Notes: generated by a model not told the origin, from the sequence alone. Numbered from the stretch's first letter, positions 9,161-19,850 are shown. The stretch: DNA of 64,000 nucleotides from Bacilli bacterium (GCA_017432825.1 JAFRIJ010000002.1:34170-98169); one strand, 5' to 3'. Numbers and translations are program-made.

Positions 9161-9394
9161 TTATACATTTGCTTCTCCGTATCTTTCATAAAACAAAGCC
9201 AAAGCCTTATCATATTCTTTATCATCATCTAAAGAAACAATATACTCTTCATCATCATCAATTATTTCTTTTAATATAATAAAGTTTTTAGGATTTGCTT
9301 CCTCAGCATAATAAACATAATTATTAATTTCACTAACTAGAAAATAATCTTTACCTTCTAATTCAATTACACTTGTCATAATATCTTCTATCAT
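9161..9394 (-). CDS. DUF1292-like small acidic protein
   Basis: 77 aa. The pattern IELEGKDYFLV...FIILKEIIDDDEEYIVSLDDDKEYDKALALF is typical of DUF1292. Confidence 0.6.
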   Translation of the reverse strand: MIEDIMTSVIELEGKDYFLVSEINNYVYYAEEANPKNFIILKEIIDDDEEYIVSLDDDKEYDKALALFYERYGEANV

Positions 9395-9936
9395 TTGTTT
9401 ACTCCTTTACTAAGTTCTTCTGCTTTCATTTCATGATAAGCAGATTCTTTAGTTTTAGAAACATCATCGTCACTAACATCTTTAAAGTAACTATCAAGTG
9501 ATGTTGGAACAACATTATCTAACACAATCTTCATTTCTACATCAGTAATACCAGGATAATATGAACGCAAACCATCTTTTATACTAGCTAGAAAATAATC
9601 TAATGATACTTGCCTTCCATTCATTGTAATAACCAATCCAGAAACAGTACTATCACTAAAACTTACATTAAGATTTGACATGATTTCAGATATAGAATAT
9701 TTATCACAAATATAAGATTCCCCTTGTCCCCTTTGCCAAGATCCTTTAGCAACAACAGATAAGCCAACACCAGCAATTAAAATACTAGTAGCAGCAATTC
9801 TCTTTAGTTTAGTATTTTTCTTAGCAATTCTAATTTTTCTTTCTTTTTCTTTTTTTTCAAATCTAGCTTCTTCTATTTCTCTTGCCTTCCTTATATCAGT
9901 AATACTTAAATCAGGAACATCAATCTCTCTTTCCAT
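9391..9936 (-). CDS. hypothetical membrane-anchored protein
   Basis: Start moved to ATG 9934-9936 (MEREIDV) behind a GGAGG RBS. Has a basic stretch and one TM (AATSILIAGVGLSVVA). I recognise no family. Confidence 0.55.
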   Translation of the reverse strand: MEREIDVPDLSITDIRKAREIEEARFEKKEKERKIRIAKKNTKLKRIAATSILIAGVGLSVVAKGSWQRGQGESYICDKYSISEIMSNLNVSFSDSTVSGLVITMNGRQVSLDYFLASIKDGLRSYYPGITDVEMKIVLDNVVPTSLDSYFKDVSDDDVSKTKESAYHEMKAEELSKGVNK

Positions 9937-10014
9937 ACAAACCTCCACTATCTTATACAAACATTATAACTATTTATATAAAATATTACAAGTATCTTTA
10001 CATAAATTTACATA

Positions 10015-11472
10015 TTATTTTAATTCTTTAGCTACTTCTTTAACTATAGCAACTTCATCAAAAGGAGTAATAACACCTTTTATTTCTTGGTATGCTTCAT
10101 GACCTTTACCTAAAATCATAATAACATCACCTTCTTTAGCATTTAATATACTATATCTTATAGCTTCCTTTCTATTAGGAATAACCTTATAATTATCTCC
10201 TTCAAAAGTACTTAATATATCTTTTATAATATCATTAACATCTTCATATCTAGAATTATCTTCTGTAATAATAGAAAAATCTGCATAACGAGAAGCCACT
10301 CTACCACAATCATATCTTCTCTGTTTACTTCTATTACCACCACATCCAAATACAACAACTATTCTTTTTGGATTACCTTCTCTAATAGTTTTAATAACAT
10401 TCTCCATTGCAATACCTTGATATGCATAATCTATTAAAACATTAAATTTATCACTAACATTAACAGATTCTAATCTACCCTTTACAGAAATATGTAATAA
10501 AGTTCTTTTTAGTGTATCATTATTTACATTAAGTAATTTACATAAAAGAATAACTCCCATCATATTATAAGCATTAAATACACCTGGAATACTAACTTTA
10601 AAGTCATCAGTTAAAACACCTTTAACTTTCATATCTATACCAATAAAACCAGATTCAATTATATTCTTTACACTAACTAATTGTAAATCAGCTTTATCAC
10701 TTTTACCAAAAGTATACTTTTTTAAATTAGTATCCTTAATCATATATTCATATTCTTTATCATCAACATTAAAAATACCAACACGAGCTTGTTTAAACAA
10801 TCTACTCTTACATTCTCTATAATCTTCATAGCTATCATGCTCATCTTTTCCAACATGATCTAAACTTAAATTAGTAAATATTGTATAGTCAAATATAATT
10901 TCATCCCATCTATGTAACTTTAAAGATTGACTAGACACTTCCATTACTAAATATTTTACTCCATCATCAAGCATTTCCCTCATATGTTTATAAACATCAT
11001 ATGATTCGGGACTAGTATTTACAGTATGATAATATTTATCACCAATAAATATACCTAAAGTACCAATACAACCACACTTCTTATTATCATTATTTAATAT
11101 ATTCATAATGCTAATAGCAGTTGTACTCTTTCCCTTAGTACCAGTAATACCAATAGTAGTTAATTCTAAATCAGGACAGTTAAAAAAGTTTCTAGATATT
11201 ATTGCCAAACACCTTCTAGAATCTTTAACCTTTATAACTGTAACATCATTATATTTAGTATCAATATCATGTTCAACCATTAACACTTTAGCTCCATTAT
11301 TAATAGCATCTTCTATATATTTATGACCATCAACCATAAAGCCAGTAAGTGCAACAAACATAAACCCTTCTTTAACATTTTTAGAATTATACGCTATATC
11401 TTTAACATCAACTAAAACATCACCAGATATAACTTCGTAATCAATATTATTTAATATATCTTTTAATTTCAT
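10015..11472 (-). CDS. murE: UDP-N-acetylmuramoyl-L-alanyl-D-glutamate ligase MurE
   Basis: 485 aa. Mur ligase P-loop GITGTKGKST and a C-terminal EDNSRYED motif (DNPR-like). Confidence 0.9.
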   Translation of the reverse strand: MKLKDILNNIDYEVISGDVLVDVKDIAYNSKNVKEGFMFVALTGFMVDGHKYIEDAINNGAKVLMVEHDIDTKYNDVTVIKVKDSRRCLAIISRNFFNCPDLELTTIGITGTKGKSTTAISIMNILNNDNKKCGCIGTLGIFIGDKYYHTVNTSPESYDVYKHMREMLDDGVKYLVMEVSSQSLKLHRWDEIIFDYTIFTNLSLDHVGKDEHDSYEDYRECKSRLFKQARVGIFNVDDKEYEYMIKDTNLKKYTFGKSDKADLQLVSVKNIIESGFIGIDMKVKGVLTDDFKVSIPGVFNAYNMMGVILLCKLLNVNNDTLKRTLLHISVKGRLESVNVSDKFNVLIDYAYQGIAMENVIKTIREGNPKRIVVVFGCGGNRSKQRRYDCGRVASRYADFSIITEDNSRYEDVNDIIKDILSTFEGDNYKVIPNRKEAIRYSILNAKEGDVIMILGKGHEAYQEIKGVITPFDEVAIVKEVAKELK

Positions 11473-11483
11473 AAAAACCTCCC

Positions 11484-12392
11484 CTATGCTAAATAATTAT
11501 TAATATCGACAACCACACCTTCACTAGCTAATTCCTTCTTAAATGTTTCACAAAATACAACTAATTCTTTTTTTATTACATCAGGATAAACAGCTTGTGT
11601 TTTTCTAACAGCATCATATATATTCTTAAAACATACAGTATTTCTATTTTCATATACAGCATTAGAAAAAGCTTGCCTTAAAATAACCAAAGCAATATCA
11701 GGATACCTAGAAGAAACCTCATATACTCTCTTAAATTCACTAGTCATATTAACGATAAACTTCATTATATTTTCTTTTTGAAAATCAGTATACGGTAATT
11801 TAACACCAGTTTGATATTCAATTTTAGGTAAAGTTTTTAACAAAATTTGAACACATTGCTCTTGAGTAGGCTCAGATACATCAACTTTCTCAAATCTTCT
11901 CATAAAAGCCTTATCTCTCATAATAAAGTGTTCATACTCATAAGTAGTAGTAGCTCCAATAATCTTAATAGATCCTCTACTTAATCCCTCTTTAAACATA
12001 TTAGCTAAATCTAATCTACCATCACCAATTAAAGTATGAATCTCATCAATAAATAAAATAACTTTATCAATTTTTTTTAATTCCTCAACTAATAACAAAA
12101 CCCTATTATCACTATTACCATCATTACCAAGTAATGCTGTAGTATTTATTCTAAATATTCTATACCCCTTTAAAGCATTGGGAACCATATTTAATTGTAT
12201 TCTATATGCTAGCCCCTCAACAATAGCAGTTTTACCAATACCAGGCTTTCCAACCAATATAGCACTCTTCTCAGGAGTAAGTAATACTAATACTAATTTT
12301 TTTATTTCACTATCTCTAGCAATTGAAGGATCAGTGATATACTTATTACTAGTCATCTCATCTGCATATTTAGAAAGTACACTCTCATTCAT
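11484..12392 (-). CDS. stand-alone Clp/Hsp100 D1-like AAA+ ATPase (302 aa)
   Basis: Walker A GKPGIGKTAIVEGLAYRI, Walker B ILFIDEIHTL, IGATTTYEY...RRFEKVDV, sensor-2-like RYPDIALVIL. No N-domain, D2 domain or ClpP loop. Confidence 0.75.
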   Translation of the reverse strand: MNESVLSKYADEMTSNKYITDPSIARDSEIKKLVLVLLTPEKSAILVGKPGIGKTAIVEGLAYRIQLNMVPNALKGYRIFRINTTALLGNDGNSDNRVLLLVEELKKIDKVILFIDEIHTLIGDGRLDLANMFKEGLSRGSIKIIGATTTYEYEHFIMRDKAFMRRFEKVDVSEPTQEQCVQILLKTLPKIEYQTGVKLPYTDFQKENIMKFIVNMTSEFKRVYEVSSRYPDIALVILRQAFSNAVYENRNTVCFKNIYDAVRKTQAVYPDVIKKELVVFCETFKKELASEGVVVDINNYLA

Positions 12393-12403
12393 AATAAAAC
12401 CTC

Positions 12404-12604
12404 CTACTTACTAACAAGTAATATAATTACCATACCCCACATTAAACAAGTAATCATAATTGCTCCCAAAAATATAGCATCAGCAAATCCACCACTAGTT
12501 CTAACCTTATAATCATAAAACATCTTATATGATTTATCCTTATCTTCAGGTAAACTATTATTTTTTATCTCTACAGGTAAATTTTCTTTATCCATATATT
12601 TCAT
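12404..12604 (-). CDS. small membrane protein (66 aa)
   Basis: C-terminal TM GFADAIFLGAIMITCLMWGMVIILLV. Tightly packed between ylxM and the AAA+ gene. Confidence 0.45.
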   Translation of the reverse strand: MKYMDKENLPVEIKNNSLPEDKDKSYKMFYDYKVRTSGGFADAIFLGAIMITCLMWGMVIILLVSK

Positions 12605-12607
12605 CTC

Positions 12608-12898
12608 CTATAACAACTCCTCTATCTTCTTTTTTATATCATTGGGTACATCATTAATTATTTCTTTAATCTTAATACTCTTACTATATAATTGTAATTT
12701 ATCCTCATAAAATAATAACTTATCACTAACATTTTTTATTACTTTATGTATAGCATTTCTACTAATACCTATATTATCACCAATCTCACCCAAAGACAAG
12801 TTATTAAAATAATAATCCTCAAAATATTCCCTTTGCTTTATACTAAATAATTCCCCATAATAATCATATAATAAAATAATATAATCTCTATTATCCAT
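12608..12898 (-). CDS. ylxM: YlxM/UPF0122 putative DNA-binding protein
   Basis: 96 aa. Sigma-70 region-4-like HTH LSLGEIGDNIGISRNAIHKVIKNV. Directly downstream of ftsY, as in Bacillus. Confidence 0.8.
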   Translation of the reverse strand: MDNRDYIILLYDYYGELFSIKQREYFEDYYFNNLSLGEIGDNIGISRNAIHKVIKNVSDKLLFYEDKLQLYSKSIKIKEIINDVPNDIKKKIEELL

Positions 12899-12906
12899 AA
12901 TAACAC

Positions 12907-13875
12907 CTATAAATCCTTAAATAACCCATATATATATTTCTCTATATCAAAAGCCTCTAAATCATTAATTCCTTCACCTAAGCCAACATACTTAACAGGA
13001 ATATTTAAATCCTCCTTAATTGCTAAAACAATCCCACCTTTAGCAGTACCATCCAACTTAGTTAAAACAATACCTGTAATATCAGTTATCTCTTTAAAAG
13101 CCTTAGCTTGATTTATACCATTTTGACCAGTAGAAGCATCAATAACAAGTAAAGTTTCATGAGGAGCACTTGGAATAATCTTTTTAATAACTCTATTAAT
13201 TTTTTCCAACTCTCTCATTAAATTATCTTTATTTTGTAATCTACCAGCAGTATCCACCAAAACAACATCATAATTATCCCTATTAGCAATACCTAAAGCA
13301 TCATAAATAACAGAAGAAGGATCACTAGAATTATTACTAACAACATTAGTATTTGTCCTTTCTCCCCACTCCTTTAATTGCTCTACAGCACCCGCTCTAA
13401 AAGTATCTCCAGCTACTAACATAACTTTCTTACCATCATTTTTTAATTTAGTAGCAAGCTTACCTATTGTAGTAGTCTTACCAACACCATTAACACCAAT
13501 AAATAATATAACAGTAGGACCATCTACATTAAAATGAATTTTACTATCTATAACATTATCTGATACATACATAATAAATAATTCATCAATAATAACTTCT
13601 TTTAAATAATTACTATCAATTATTTTTTCTTTCTTTACTCTATCTCTCAATTTATCAACAAATTTCATAACAGTTGATACACCAATATCAGCCATTATTA
13701 AAATATCCTCTAATTCCTCAAAATAATCATCACTAATATTTTTATATTTTTTACTCAAATTAGATAATTGTGTAGTAAACTCTTTTCTAGTTTTCTCTAA
13801 ACCTTCATCATACTTTTTTACTTCCTCACTCTTATCTTTAACAAAAACACTCTTAATTTTATCAAACAAACCCAT
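12907..13875 (-). CDS. ftsY: signal recognition particle receptor FtsY
   Basis: GVNGVGKTTTIGKLA, DTAGR and TKLDGTAKGG motifs. Confidence 0.95.
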   Translation of the reverse strand: MGLFDKIKSVFVKDKSEEVKKYDEGLEKTRKEFTTQLSNLSKKYKNISDDYFEELEDILIMADIGVSTVMKFVDKLRDRVKKEKIIDSNYLKEVIIDELFIMYVSDNVIDSKIHFNVDGPTVILFIGVNGVGKTTTIGKLATKLKNDGKKVMLVAGDTFRAGAVEQLKEWGERTNTNVVSNNSSDPSSVIYDALGIANRDNYDVVLVDTAGRLQNKDNLMRELEKINRVIKKIIPSAPHETLLVIDASTGQNGINQAKAFKEITDITGIVLTKLDGTAKGGIVLAIKEDLNIPVKYVGLGEGINDLEAFDIEKYIYGLFKDL

Positions 13876-13937
13876 AATAAACCTCCATAACTATATACTA
13901 ATTATAACATAAAATATAATAAAAAGAAATCAAGTAA

Positions 13938-14999
13938 TTACTCAACTTCTTTATCATTAACATCATCATTTTTTTTATTCTTTTTAGTCTTAGAATCCTT
14001 CTTTAATGAAATATCATATACTTCTCTAACTTTCTCTTCTATCTCTTCCATCAACGAAGGATTATTTCTTAAATATAGCTTAGTGTTTTCTTTACCTTGA
14101 CCAATTTTATTATCTCCATATGCAAACCAAGCACCACTTTTATTAATAATATCCGATTCAACTGCTAAATCAACAATTTCCCCTTCATGACTAATACCAC
14201 TACCATACATAATATCAACAGAAGCAGTCTTAAATGGAGGTGCTACTTTATTTTTAACGACTTTAATCTTAGTATTATTTCCAACAACATCATTACCCAT
14301 CTTTATTTGTTCACCACGTCTTATATCTAACCTAACAGATGCGTAATACTTTAATGCCTTACCACCAGGAGTTGTCTCAGGATTACCAAACATAACTCCA
14401 ACCTTTTCTCTTAACTGATTTATAAAAATAACTATAGTTTTAGTTTTATTTATAGAACCAGATAATTTTCTTAATGCTTGAGACATAAGTCTAGCTTGCA
14501 AACCAACATGAGTATCACCCATCTCACCATCAATTTCAGCTTGTGGAACCAATGCTGCTACAGAATCAATTACAATAATACTAACAGCTTCACTCTTAAC
14601 TAAAGTATCACATATTTCCAATGCTTGTTCACCAGTATCTGGTTGAGATAACAACAATTCATCTGTATCAACACCTAAAGCTTCAGCATAAACAGGATCT
14701 AACGAATGTTCTGCATCAATAAAAGCAGCTCTTCCACCACTTTTTTGAACTTCAGCTATGGCATGCAAAGCAAACGTAGTCTTACCTGAAGATTCAGGAC
14801 CATATATTTCAATAATTCTTCCTTTAGGATAACCTCCAACCCCTAAAGCTATATCCAAAGATAAAGAACCACTACTAGAAACTTCAACCTTTATTTTTTC
14901 TTGATCACCTAGTTTCATAATAGCACCTTTACCAAATTGTTTTTCAATATCAGCCATTACTTTCTCTAATGCTTTATCTTTCTCTAATGATTTATTCAT
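13938..14999 (-). CDS. recA: recombinase RecA
   Basis: 353 aa. [10 protein letters not shown]-loop, [29 protein letters not shown]. Confidence 0.97.
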   Translation of the reverse strand: MNKSLEKDKALEKVMADIEKQFGKGAIMKLGDQEKIKVEVSSSGSLSLDIALGVGGYPKGRIIEIYGPESSGKTTFALHAIAEVQKSGGRAAFIDAEHSLDPVYAEALGVDTDELLLSQPDTGEQALEICDTLVKSEAVSIIVIDSVAALVPQAEIDGEMGDTHVGLQARLMSQALRKLSGSINKTKTIVIFINQLREKVGVMFGNPETTPGGKALKYYASVRLDIRRGEQIKMGNDVVGNNTKIKVVKNKVAPPFKTASVDIMYGSGISHEGEIVDLAVESDIINKSGAWFAYGDNKIGQGKENTKLYLRNNPSLMEEIEEKVREVYDISLKKDSKTKKNKKNDDVNDKEVE

Positions 15000-15030
15000 A
15001 CTTAATCTCCTTTACTCACTGTACAAATCA

Positions 15031-15059
15031 ATTATATTATATGAATAAATCTTTGTCAA
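15031..15059 (-). promoter_or_regulatory. candidate sigma-A promoter of recA
   Basis: On the minus strand, TTGACA (15054-15059), a 17-nt spacer, then TATAAT (15031-15036), about 30 nt upstream of the recA ATG. Confidence 0.5.
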
Positions 15060-15067
15060 TAGTTTTT

Positions 15068-15081
15068 CAAACATTTGTTCG
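15068..15081 (-). promoter_or_regulatory. Cheo-box-like LexA operator upstream of recA
   Basis: The minus strand reads CGAACAAATGTTTG, one mismatch from CGAAC-N4-GTTCG. It lies just upstream of the candidate -35. Confidence 0.55.
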
Positions 15082-15083
15082 TA

Positions 15084-15785
15084 TTATTTTTTAATTCCAC
15101 CAAATCTTCTATCTCTTTTATTATAAATAAATATTGCTTCATCAAAATCTTTAGCCTTAAAATCAGGAAAATAAACATTAGGAAAATAAAATTCCGCATA
15201 ACTATTTTCCCACAACAAAAAATTACTTAACCTAAGTTCTCCACTAGTACGTATCATTAAATCAACATCAGGTAAATCTTGATACATATATTTAGAAAAT
15301 AATTCTTCATCAATATCATCAATAGAAATACCATTACTAATAATTTTTTTAGTAGCATCTACTATTTCAGCTCTTCCACCATAATTTAAACAAATATTAA
15401 CAATACCGCCTGTATTATTTTTAGTTAGTAAGGCTAATTTATCTCTAGCATCTATTACTTTTTTAGGTAAAGGTTCATCTCTACCAGAAAAAACAACTTT
15501 TATATTATTCTTAACAAAGAAATCCTTATCTCTTTTAAACATCAAAACAAACAAATCCATCAAATGATCTACTTCTTTTTTATCTCTTTTAAAATTTTCT
15601 GTAGAAAAAACATAAAGACTTAGAATTTTTACACCTTTAGTAAAAATATATTTACTAATTTCTTTTAAATTTTCAAACCCTGCATCATGTCCCTTTAGTC
15701 TAGATAAACCTCTTTCTTTAGCCCATCTACCATTACCATCTACTATAATAGCAACATGATTTGGTATTTTTAAATTACTATCCAT
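15084..15785 (-). CDS. uppS: undecaprenyl diphosphate synthase
   Basis: HVAIIVDGNGRWA and RTSGELRLSNFLLWE motifs. Confidence 0.95.
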   Translation of the reverse strand: MDSNLKIPNHVAIIVDGNGRWAKERGLSRLKGHDAGFENLKEISKYIFTKGVKILSLYVFSTENFKRDKKEVDHLMDLFVLMFKRDKDFFVKNNIKVVFSGRDEPLPKKVIDARDKLALLTKNNTGGIVNICLNYGGRAEIVDATKKIISNGISIDDIDEELFSKYMYQDLPDVDLMIRTSGELRLSNFLLWENSYAEFYFPNVYFPDFKAKDFDEAIFIYNKRDRRFGGIKK

Positions 15786-15793
15786 AAAACCAC

Positions 15794-16228
15794 CTACTTA
15801 TGATAACTTTCATTATTAATTATTTTAAAGCTTCTATAAATCTGTTCCAATAAAATAATTCTAAACAATTGATGTGGAAAAGTCATTTTAGAAAAAGACA
15901 ATCTATAATTAGAAATATCTTTAATTCTATCATCTAATCCATTAGATCCACCTATAATAAAAGTAATATTAGAATTATTAATTAAACTCTTATCTATAAA
16001 ATTAGCTAGTTCTAAAGAGCTCATCATATTACCTTCAATTTCTAAAGTAATAATATAATCTTTAGAATTAATATGCTTTAAAATTAAATCCCCTTCACTC
16101 TTTATATCACTATCAATAACTTCATCAACAACAACCTTATGATATTTAGACAATCTCTTCATATATTCATTAATAGCGTCTCTAAAAAAATTTTCTTTTA
16201 TTTTACCAACACAAATAATCTTAATCAT
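15794..16228 (-). CDS. rlmH: 23S rRNA (pseudouridine1915-N3)-methyltransferase RlmH
   Basis: 144 aa SPOUT protein with IIGGSNG and MTFPHQLFRIIL. Confidence 0.88.
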   Translation of the reverse strand: MIKIICVGKIKENFFRDAINEYMKRLSKYHKVVVDEVIDSDIKSEGDLILKHINSKDYIITLEIEGNMMSSLELANFIDKSLINNSNITFIIGGSNGLDDRIKDISNYRLSFSKMTFPHQLFRIILLEQIYRSFKIINNESYHK

Positions 16229-16986
16229 ACCTCTAACATCTCCGTTTCAATATCTTGCTTAGCAATAACAATCTTAGAAACTTTTTGTTTATTAGATTCT
16301 AATCTTTCTATTAAAGAATCATATGCCAAATCATAAGTATTATTTTCTTCAGATAAATGTGCTAAAACAATACACTTAGTTTTATTACCTATATAACTAG
16401 ATAAATACCTAGAAGAATCATAATTAGATAAATGCCCTTTATCGCTTAAAATTCTTTGTCTTAACCTAAAAGGATATCTACCATTATTTAACATCTCAAT
16501 ATCATGATTAGATTCCATTACATATAACTCTCTATTAGATAGTATTTCATTATATTTGTTATTAATATAGCCAGTATCAGTAATATAAACAATACTCTTA
16601 CCATCACCACCAATAACATATCCAACACTACCAGGAGCATCATGAGAAGTTTTAATAACATCTATAGATAAATCTCTAAAAGTAAAACTATTATTCTTAA
16701 TAACTTTATAATTAGTAATATAATCTAAATCACCAAGCATCTCTTCAGTTACAAAAATTAAAGGATTAAATTTATTAACAAAAACTTTTAACCCCTTAAT
16801 ATGATCAGAATGTGTATGCGTTATAAATATAGCATCTATTTCATTACCTTTAATCCCCATATTCCTTAACTTATCTACTATATATTTACAACAATTACCA
16901 GCATCAATTAATATTTTAGTATTACCACATTCAATATATGTAGTATTACCTTTACTACCAGAAGATAAAATTTTTATTCTCATCAA
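16225..16986 (-). CDS. MBL-fold metallo-hydrolase (YycJ/WalJ-like)
   Basis: HTHSDH motif and 253 aa. Position near rlmH and dnaB matches Bacillus yycJ synteny. Confidence 0.8.
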   Translation of the reverse strand: MMRIKILSSGSKGNTTYIECGNTKILIDAGNCCKYIVDKLRNMGIKGNEIDAIFITHTHSDHIKGLKVFVNKFNPLIFVTEEMLGDLDYITNYKVIKNNSFTFRDLSIDVIKTSHDAPGSVGYVIGGDGKSIVYITDTGYINNKYNEILSNRELYVMESNHDIEMLNNGRYPFRLRQRILSDKGHLSNYDSSRYLSSYIGNKTKCIVLAHLSEENNTYDLAYDSLIERLESNKQKVSKIVIAKQDIETEMLEV

Positions 16987-18515
16987 TACAACGATAAGGG
17001 ATCAAAAGGACTACCACTCATACCACCACGAGAAGGATCTCCTCTAGTAGTAGCAAAGTGTAAATGAGTGCCACTATAAGGACTATAACTAGATGGAACA
17101 GGATATACCTCTCCAGTATTACCCATTGTACCTATTTTTTGTCCCCTAGCAACTACCTGACCAACTTTAACATAAATACTAGCTAAATGCATATATGTAG
17201 TATAATAACCAATATTATGGTTTATTATTATATAATTACCACGTCTACCATTACAACCCAAATAACCTGCTACACATCCACCAGTAGCTGCAACAACCGT
17301 ACCATTATTTGCAGCATAAACAGCTGAACCATAACCAGGCCCATATATATCAATAGCAGGATGCATAGTTCCCCAACGATAACCATAATAAGTAGTTATA
17401 GTATATGGAGTATCCGTAGGCCAAGCCCAATAACTTAAATCAGCAATATGAGGAACAACTTTATCACCTTTAACAACAACTTGATCAACAGCAGGCTTTA
17501 ATTCAGTAGAATTTAAAGTAATAGTATCAGACAATTGACCATTAATATATAAATATTCACGACTAACTCTATATAATCCCTTTTCTCCAGGAGTTTCCAC
17601 ATATTCAGTTCCTCTTATCATAGATTCGTCATACTTAACAACAACACCATATTTTTTTTCTTCATCTTTAACTGAATTAACTTCAATAGCAATATCCATA
17701 ACAGGATTAATAAGTCCAATATTAACTTCCTGTCCAGCATAAAGCAATGTATTAGCACTATTAAAACTAGAATTAGCTAACAAAAACTCCTGCACATTTA
17801 ACTTATTAGCAAGCGCTACCGACTCAACAGTATCACCATCTTTAACAGTATAACTAGCTTGTTTCTCAGTAGTACCAAATAATAAATACTTAGCAAGCTC
17901 TCCTGAATCACAAAATATTTCATTATCAATAGAAATATATCCCTTCTTATATGTAACATTCTGATTTAAATCAATACTCTTTATAATACTTCCAGTATCA
18001 ACAATTTCTTTTTGTGTACTATTAATATAATCATTATATTCCTTATCAGAAACAAAAGATTTAATTAAAGAAACCAAAGCATCATCAAATATTTCTTTTT
18101 TAGTAGTATATATATTTTTAGTTTCATATTTATCATCATTCTTAGCAGATACAGTTATAATAATACCCTTAATAGTAAATTGCTTTAAATTAACCATTTT
18201 ATTATAAATATAATCATTAGAATCAAGCTTATTACTATACGTAACAACCTTCTTAATAGATACACCATTAGGCATATAAACCTTATCCACCTTATATTTT
18301 TTCATAACAGAAACTTCTTTATCATTTATATATTTTTCAAAAGAATCTTTATCTTTAATAGTACCTATAACCTCACCATCAACATATACATTATATACTT
18401 CATTAGGTACTTTATTATTATAATTAGTAAATCCCAATCCAAATGCTAGTAACCCAACTAGAATTATTATAATATAATAAGAAATTCTAAATTTACTATT
18501 TTCCACTAGTACCAC
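16983..18515 (-). CDS. M23 family peptidase with LysM domain
   Basis: N-terminal TM, LysM (YTVKDGDTVESVALANKLNV) and M23 motifs HPAIDI and GTHLHF. The start is uncertain: GTG at 18515, or GTG at 18506 behind an AAGGTGG RBS. Confidence 0.85.
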   Translation of the reverse strand: MVLVENSKFRISYYIIIILVGLLAFGLGFTNYNNKVPNEVYNVYVDGEVIGTIKDKDSFEKYINDKEVSVMKKYKVDKVYMPNGVSIKKVVTYSNKLDSNDYIYNKMVNLKQFTIKGIIITVSAKNDDKYETKNIYTTKKEIFDDALVSLIKSFVSDKEYNDYINSTQKEIVDTGSIIKSIDLNQNVTYKKGYISIDNEIFCDSGELAKYLLFGTTEKQASYTVKDGDTVESVALANKLNVQEFLLANSSFNSANTLLYAGQEVNIGLINPVMDIAIEVNSVKDEEKKYGVVVKYDESMIRGTEYVETPGEKGLYRVSREYLYINGQLSDTITLNSTELKPAVDQVVVKGDKVVPHIADLSYWAWPTDTPYTITTYYGYRWGTMHPAIDIYGPGYGSAVYAANNGTVVAATGGCVAGYLGCNGRRGNYIIINHNIGYYTTYMHLASIYVKVGQVVARGQKIGTMGNTGEVYPVPSSYSPYSGTHLHFATTRGDPSRGGMSGSPFDPLSLY

Positions 18516-19842
18516 CTTCTCTTTTTATAGATAAAAACGTAGATGTTTTCTTCTTAAACAACATATCAATAGTCGCAATAGGTCCATTACGATGTTTTAA
18601 AATAATAAGTTGAATAGGGCTAGGTATATTATCATCCAATGGGCTTTCAACATCAGGAGCATGCAAAGCAGCTACTATATCAGCATCTTGTTCAATTGAA
18701 CCAGATTCCCTCAAATCACTAAGCACCGGTTTCTTATCTTCTCTCTTTTCAACATTTCTAGATAACTGAGACAAAGCAATAACAGGAACTTCTAACTCCA
18801 AAGCCATAGTTTTTAATCCCCTAGAAATTTCAGACACTTCTTGTTGTCTACTACCAGCATATTTTGAAGAAGAATCAATAAGCTGTAAATAATCAATTAT
18901 TACAAGACCTAACCCTTCCCCCATAGTAGAAAGTCTTCTACATTTAGCTTTAATTTCAGAAGCAGTAATTCCTCCAGCATCATGAAAATAAATATTAGTA
19001 TCAGCAAGCTGACTAATAGCTTCATTAACTCTTCTCCAGTCATCATTTTCTAATTTACCAGTTTGTAACTTTTTATTATCTACCTGTCCCAAAGAACTAA
19101 TCATTCTCATAACTAATTGTTCAGCAGGCATCTCCAAAGAGAAAATAGCAATATTTTTTTTAGTACTTTTAGCAGCAGCGCACGCTATATTCAAAGCAAA
19201 AGCTGTTTTACCAACAGCAGGACGAGCAGCTACTATAACAAGTTGCGTAGGATGAAATCCATTTGTTAAATTATCTAAATCAATCATCCCAGTAGTTAAT
19301 CCCGTAATTTTACCCTTATTTTTAGAAAGAACCTCTAAATCATTCTGCACCTTATCTAAAACATCAGAAACAGATCTAAAAGAACTTGTTCTAGTATTTT
19401 TAGAAACACTAAGTATACTTTTTTCAGCATCATCAACAACATCACTTATTTTTAAAGAAGAATTATTTGCATTACTAATAATATTAGTAGCTACTTCTAT
19501 CATTCTTCTTAAAGTATAATTACCAACAACACTATCTATATAATAAGATATATTTGCTCCTGTAGCAACACTATTAATAACAGAATTTAAATATTCTACT
19601 CCACCAATTTGAACCAAATATCCTTTATCAACAATACGTGCAGTAACAGTTGAAGCATCAACAGGTTCTTTTTCTAAATATAATTCCTGAATTACTTCAA
19701 ATATCTTACTATGACTATCTAAATAAAAAACTTCTTTAGAAACTTCTTCACAAGCCTTTTGTAAAGAATTATATGACCAAAAAACAGAACCAATCAAGGC
19801 CTTCTCAGCCTCAATATTATGTGGTAATCCGTTATTATTCAT
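18496..19842 (-). CDS. dnaB: replicative DNA helicase DnaB
   Basis: N-terminal PHNIEAEKALIGS, Walker A ARPAVGKTAFALN, IIDYLQLI. Downstream of rplI. Confidence 0.96.
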   Translation of the reverse strand: MNNNGLPHNIEAEKALIGSVFWSYNSLQKACEEVSKEVFYLDSHSKIFEVIQELYLEKEPVDASTVTARIVDKGYLVQIGGVEYLNSVINSVATGANISYYIDSVVGNYTLRRMIEVATNIISNANNSSLKISDVVDDAEKSILSVSKNTRTSSFRSVSDVLDKVQNDLEVLSKNKGKITGLTTGMIDLDNLTNGFHPTQLVIVAARPAVGKTAFALNIACAAAKSTKKNIAIFSLEMPAEQLVMRMISSLGQVDNKKLQTGKLENDDWRRVNEAISQLADTNIYFHDAGGITASEIKAKCRRLSTMGEGLGLVIIDYLQLIDSSSKYAGSRQQEVSEISRGLKTMALELEVPVIALSQLSRNVEKREDKKPVLSDLRESGSIEQDADIVAALHAPDVESPLDDNIPSPIQLIILKHRNGPIATIDMLFKKKTSTFLSIKREGGTSGK

Positions 19843-19850
19843 ACCATCAC

